Assembly (NCBI GenBank): GCA_977020255.1 | Contig: CDROCS010006580.1 | Coordinates: 1-64,000, forward strand | Reading direction: 5' to 3' | Length of the DNA stretch: 64,000 nucleotides | Source: Obrimoposthia wandeli | Taxonomy: Eukaryota | Part shown: one piece after another, positions 61,163-64,000 of the stretch | How positions within the stretch are numbered: the first letter of the stretch is position 1 | How the letters are laid out: each line of letters starts with the position of its first letter | The notes under the pieces: model-generated | The model's database searches: none | Told to the model about the DNA's origin: nothing | What the model saw: the letters and a program-made list of their open reading frames with translations, nothing else | Program-made: the position numbers and the translations under genes

Positions 61163-64000
61163 GTTTATATCTTTGGGGCGGTTTGACATTTCTGGTTAAT
61201 TTTTTGTTCTAATGTGGCTTTATTGTAACAAAATCGGTGCTATAAATTAAATGAACATGGACGCGTTGAGAAAAGGGAAACTACGGTTGATCTAAACACA
61301 AATATAAAAAAACAAAGATTTTAGGAAGAAAGTAAGAAAATATGTAGAAAACTGGCTGCCGCGTTCTTTGTAAATTACACAACAAAGAATTATATGGTAT
61401 TTTAGAAAGAATTCGGAGATTTTAATATTTACTTCATAGATCTGAAACAAAAATATAAAATATAAATGCACAAAATTGGAAAAGTGAATAAATTTTGTAT
61501 ACAAACGAGTTCAGTTGAAAATGTTGATTTGGATTGTCAATTTCCCATTTGTCAGCGTATTACCACCGGAAAACCGCCAATTAGAGTTGAAATTGCAGGT
61601 AAATGTTTTGATCAGACGCCAAATACGTTGTATGAATAATGTTTGATGGTCGAAGTAATGAGCATTACCGATGAAAACAATTATAATGCTGACCAATTCG
61701 TTACCTCCCCCTACACTGTCAATTGTCTGAGCATCTGCAAAATCTGACTGAATCGTCAATCAAAGCAATCGGAAAGATATACAAGTATACTCGGAAGCTT
61801 TGTAACTGATATTGCAGCGATATATACTCTACAGGGGGATTTCTGGCCAACGTGTCATTTAAGATATATATCACTAAGACTTCTTAAAACTTGAAGTTGT
61901 ACTTTTGAATTAGTTTCCATCCTTTCAAGTAGCTTATCAGATAAAAAATCACGTATCTCAACTAGTCAGAGTCGTTTCGAAAATCATTGAACATTAGAAA
62001 AATATCACCTAAAATTATTAAGCTATGCTATATTATTAGAAAAATGACATTGTACTCCAAAATGAAACTGTAGCTACTTACTGAAACACAATATGGGTAG
62101 CACTAATTGGCAAAAGAAACTTGGCCAAATAAATAGGAAAAATACTAGGAAAAAATATGGTCGAGTAATGGTCTTTGTGGACAGACGCACACTTAATGTA
62201 ATCTATATATAGTTTATTAGGGCATTAATTAGTGTGATTCAGCTTTGTATTTCTGAGTCAAGCCATAGTAACGTTCTTGACAATTTTAAATCAAATTGGT
62301 TATTTAAACTATTTTTTAAATACATTCATAATCGTGAAGGTGTTTATAATAACTCATAAATTATATAACTTCATTTTGTTCGTTTAAACCAGTGATGGTC
62401 AAATGGCTGCACATGCCTGTGTTACAAGTACTAGTGAGATAAAATTCATGGTAAAATTACGCTAAAAATCGTTGTAAACATTTTGTAAATCAATCATGTC
62501 TCTACTGACGATAATAAGTAGCTAAACTTCTCAAACTGTACACCTCTCATCGGATCTACAATGAATCTCAACAATTTTGAACGTCATTTGCATCGCTCCT
62601 GAGCTGCATGTGTTAAATTTAAGAGTATGTTTGAGCAAAACTGAAGAAAACACAAGTTGATAGACTATAAGTGGCTTTGTAATTTTGATTTTGTCACAGA
62701 TAACTTTAGTTCATTGCACACAGCATAACCCAGAATTCAGAATATTGAAATTGGATTTTATCTTTAACATTTTATTTGAATTTAAAAATATTTCAAAAAG
62801 TGCTGAAAACGCAACTCTTTGACTTTTCGATTTTGAATATCGTGTAGATAATGTCTCACGTTCCTGAACTTTCACAACTTCCTCAAACAAGGGTTTTATG
62901 AGTTGTGGTTCGTTTTCAAATTTTATCGACACAAAGACTTTTTTCACCAAATGTGTATGGAAAAAAATGAAACATTTTTATAAAGAGTTATTAGAAGGAA
63001 CATGTGGTAACATATTATGCAAGTTTGAGTGTCAGAACCTCTTTTGGCTCCGCTTCAGAATCCTTGAAAGAATCGTTTATTGAAAAGTATTTAAAAATCA
63101 AAACTTTTTCCAAATTTGAAATGTCATTTTATAGTTCTAACGTTCTGATAATTGACTAAATATTTGCTAACAGTACTCAAATTTTGAGTTTCCTCACATT
63201 CGTAGAATTCGCACATTGACTTAAAAGTAGGTCTTTTGGGGTTTTCCATTTCAAACTCGATTTGGATTTAAACAGAACAAAGATATTTGATAATTAATGA
63301 TAAGTAAAACTGTTGATAAATATGCAATGTATCTACTTAAACGGATAAATCCAAATTCGAGGTTAAGCTCAAATTTACAGGAAGTGAAAAGAAATACAAA
63401 AGCATTTTTTTTAAATTTCTTACTTTTTACATATTACTCCACGTTCGACTAAAACCCATAGTGATCAAGCAAATCTAAGTTGCACTTTCAAGAAATATAA
63501 TATTTTAGGGTGTCCAAAAGGTTTCTTTTCAACAAATTGGGATAGTAAAAATATCGTTAGATTTTTTAATATTCTCAGTACCTTAAGTTAACTTGTTAGA
63601 CAAAATTAATCTAACTTTTTACACAGCTCGAGATAACTTTGAATTTTTTAATAAAGGTTAATGCATAAAAATTTCGAACTATCAAAACTGACAATTCACA
63701 TTTTTTAGTTTTACTCATTTTAAACATATTAACCAATAATTTACCTAAATCTACGTTTTTAAAATTCCCCTTTTTCATTTTCCATACTATGACAAATTAA
63801 TGTTCTTATAGTTTTTGTTTTACCAAAAATTAGCAAATCCAAAGTTGTCCAACATACTGAGAGTACGGTCCTATTGTATACCAGTTTGAAATAAAACGTT
63901 TTTTGGATAAAACAACTTTTTGTAATTGAGGCTACTAAAGACTTAAGACCGTTGCAAAAGAGTTTTAGTACAAAATCCTCTTCACATCAATAAAAATGCT

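Noticed and set aside
55522-64000. Search for eag exon 4 (KFARL-type sequence), including ORFs at 56204 and 61511 and a possible 30-nt minus-strand micro-exon near 61705-61735
   Set aside because: No channel-like peptide was found with suitable splice sites. The micro-exon has only generic AG/GT support. Exon 4 probably lies beyond the window.

Overview
AT-rich animal genomic DNA with no prokaryotic features; the species cannot be determined from the sequence. The host gene is an EAG/KCNH (Kv10-type) potassium channel on the + strand. Three PAS-domain exons are visible (15751-15829, 52826-53056, 55387-55521) around a ~37-kb intron 1, and later exons were not found. The window holds three related pieces of one Polinton/Maverick (adintovirus-like) family. 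(1) An 8.0-kb internally deleted copy at 32725-40738 has AGTAGG...CCTACT ends, an exact 6-bp TSD (TACTAT) and ~1.1-kb TIRs. It keeps open major capsid, minor capsid, core-like, protease and DEDD-like frames, but has only 3' remnants of integrase and pPolB and no packaging ATPase. (2) A ~14.4-kb foldback at 819-15262 has arms that both end in the same deleted PolB 3' end plus TIR sequence and are filled with two satellites (~180 bp, and ~134/101 bp). It stops ~490 bp upstream of the channel ATG. (3) An older copy at ~21570-24160 carries essentially unamplified versions of both satellites beside another PolB fragment. The rest is decayed hAT, mariner/Tc1, piggyBac, Ginger-like and non-LTR remnants.
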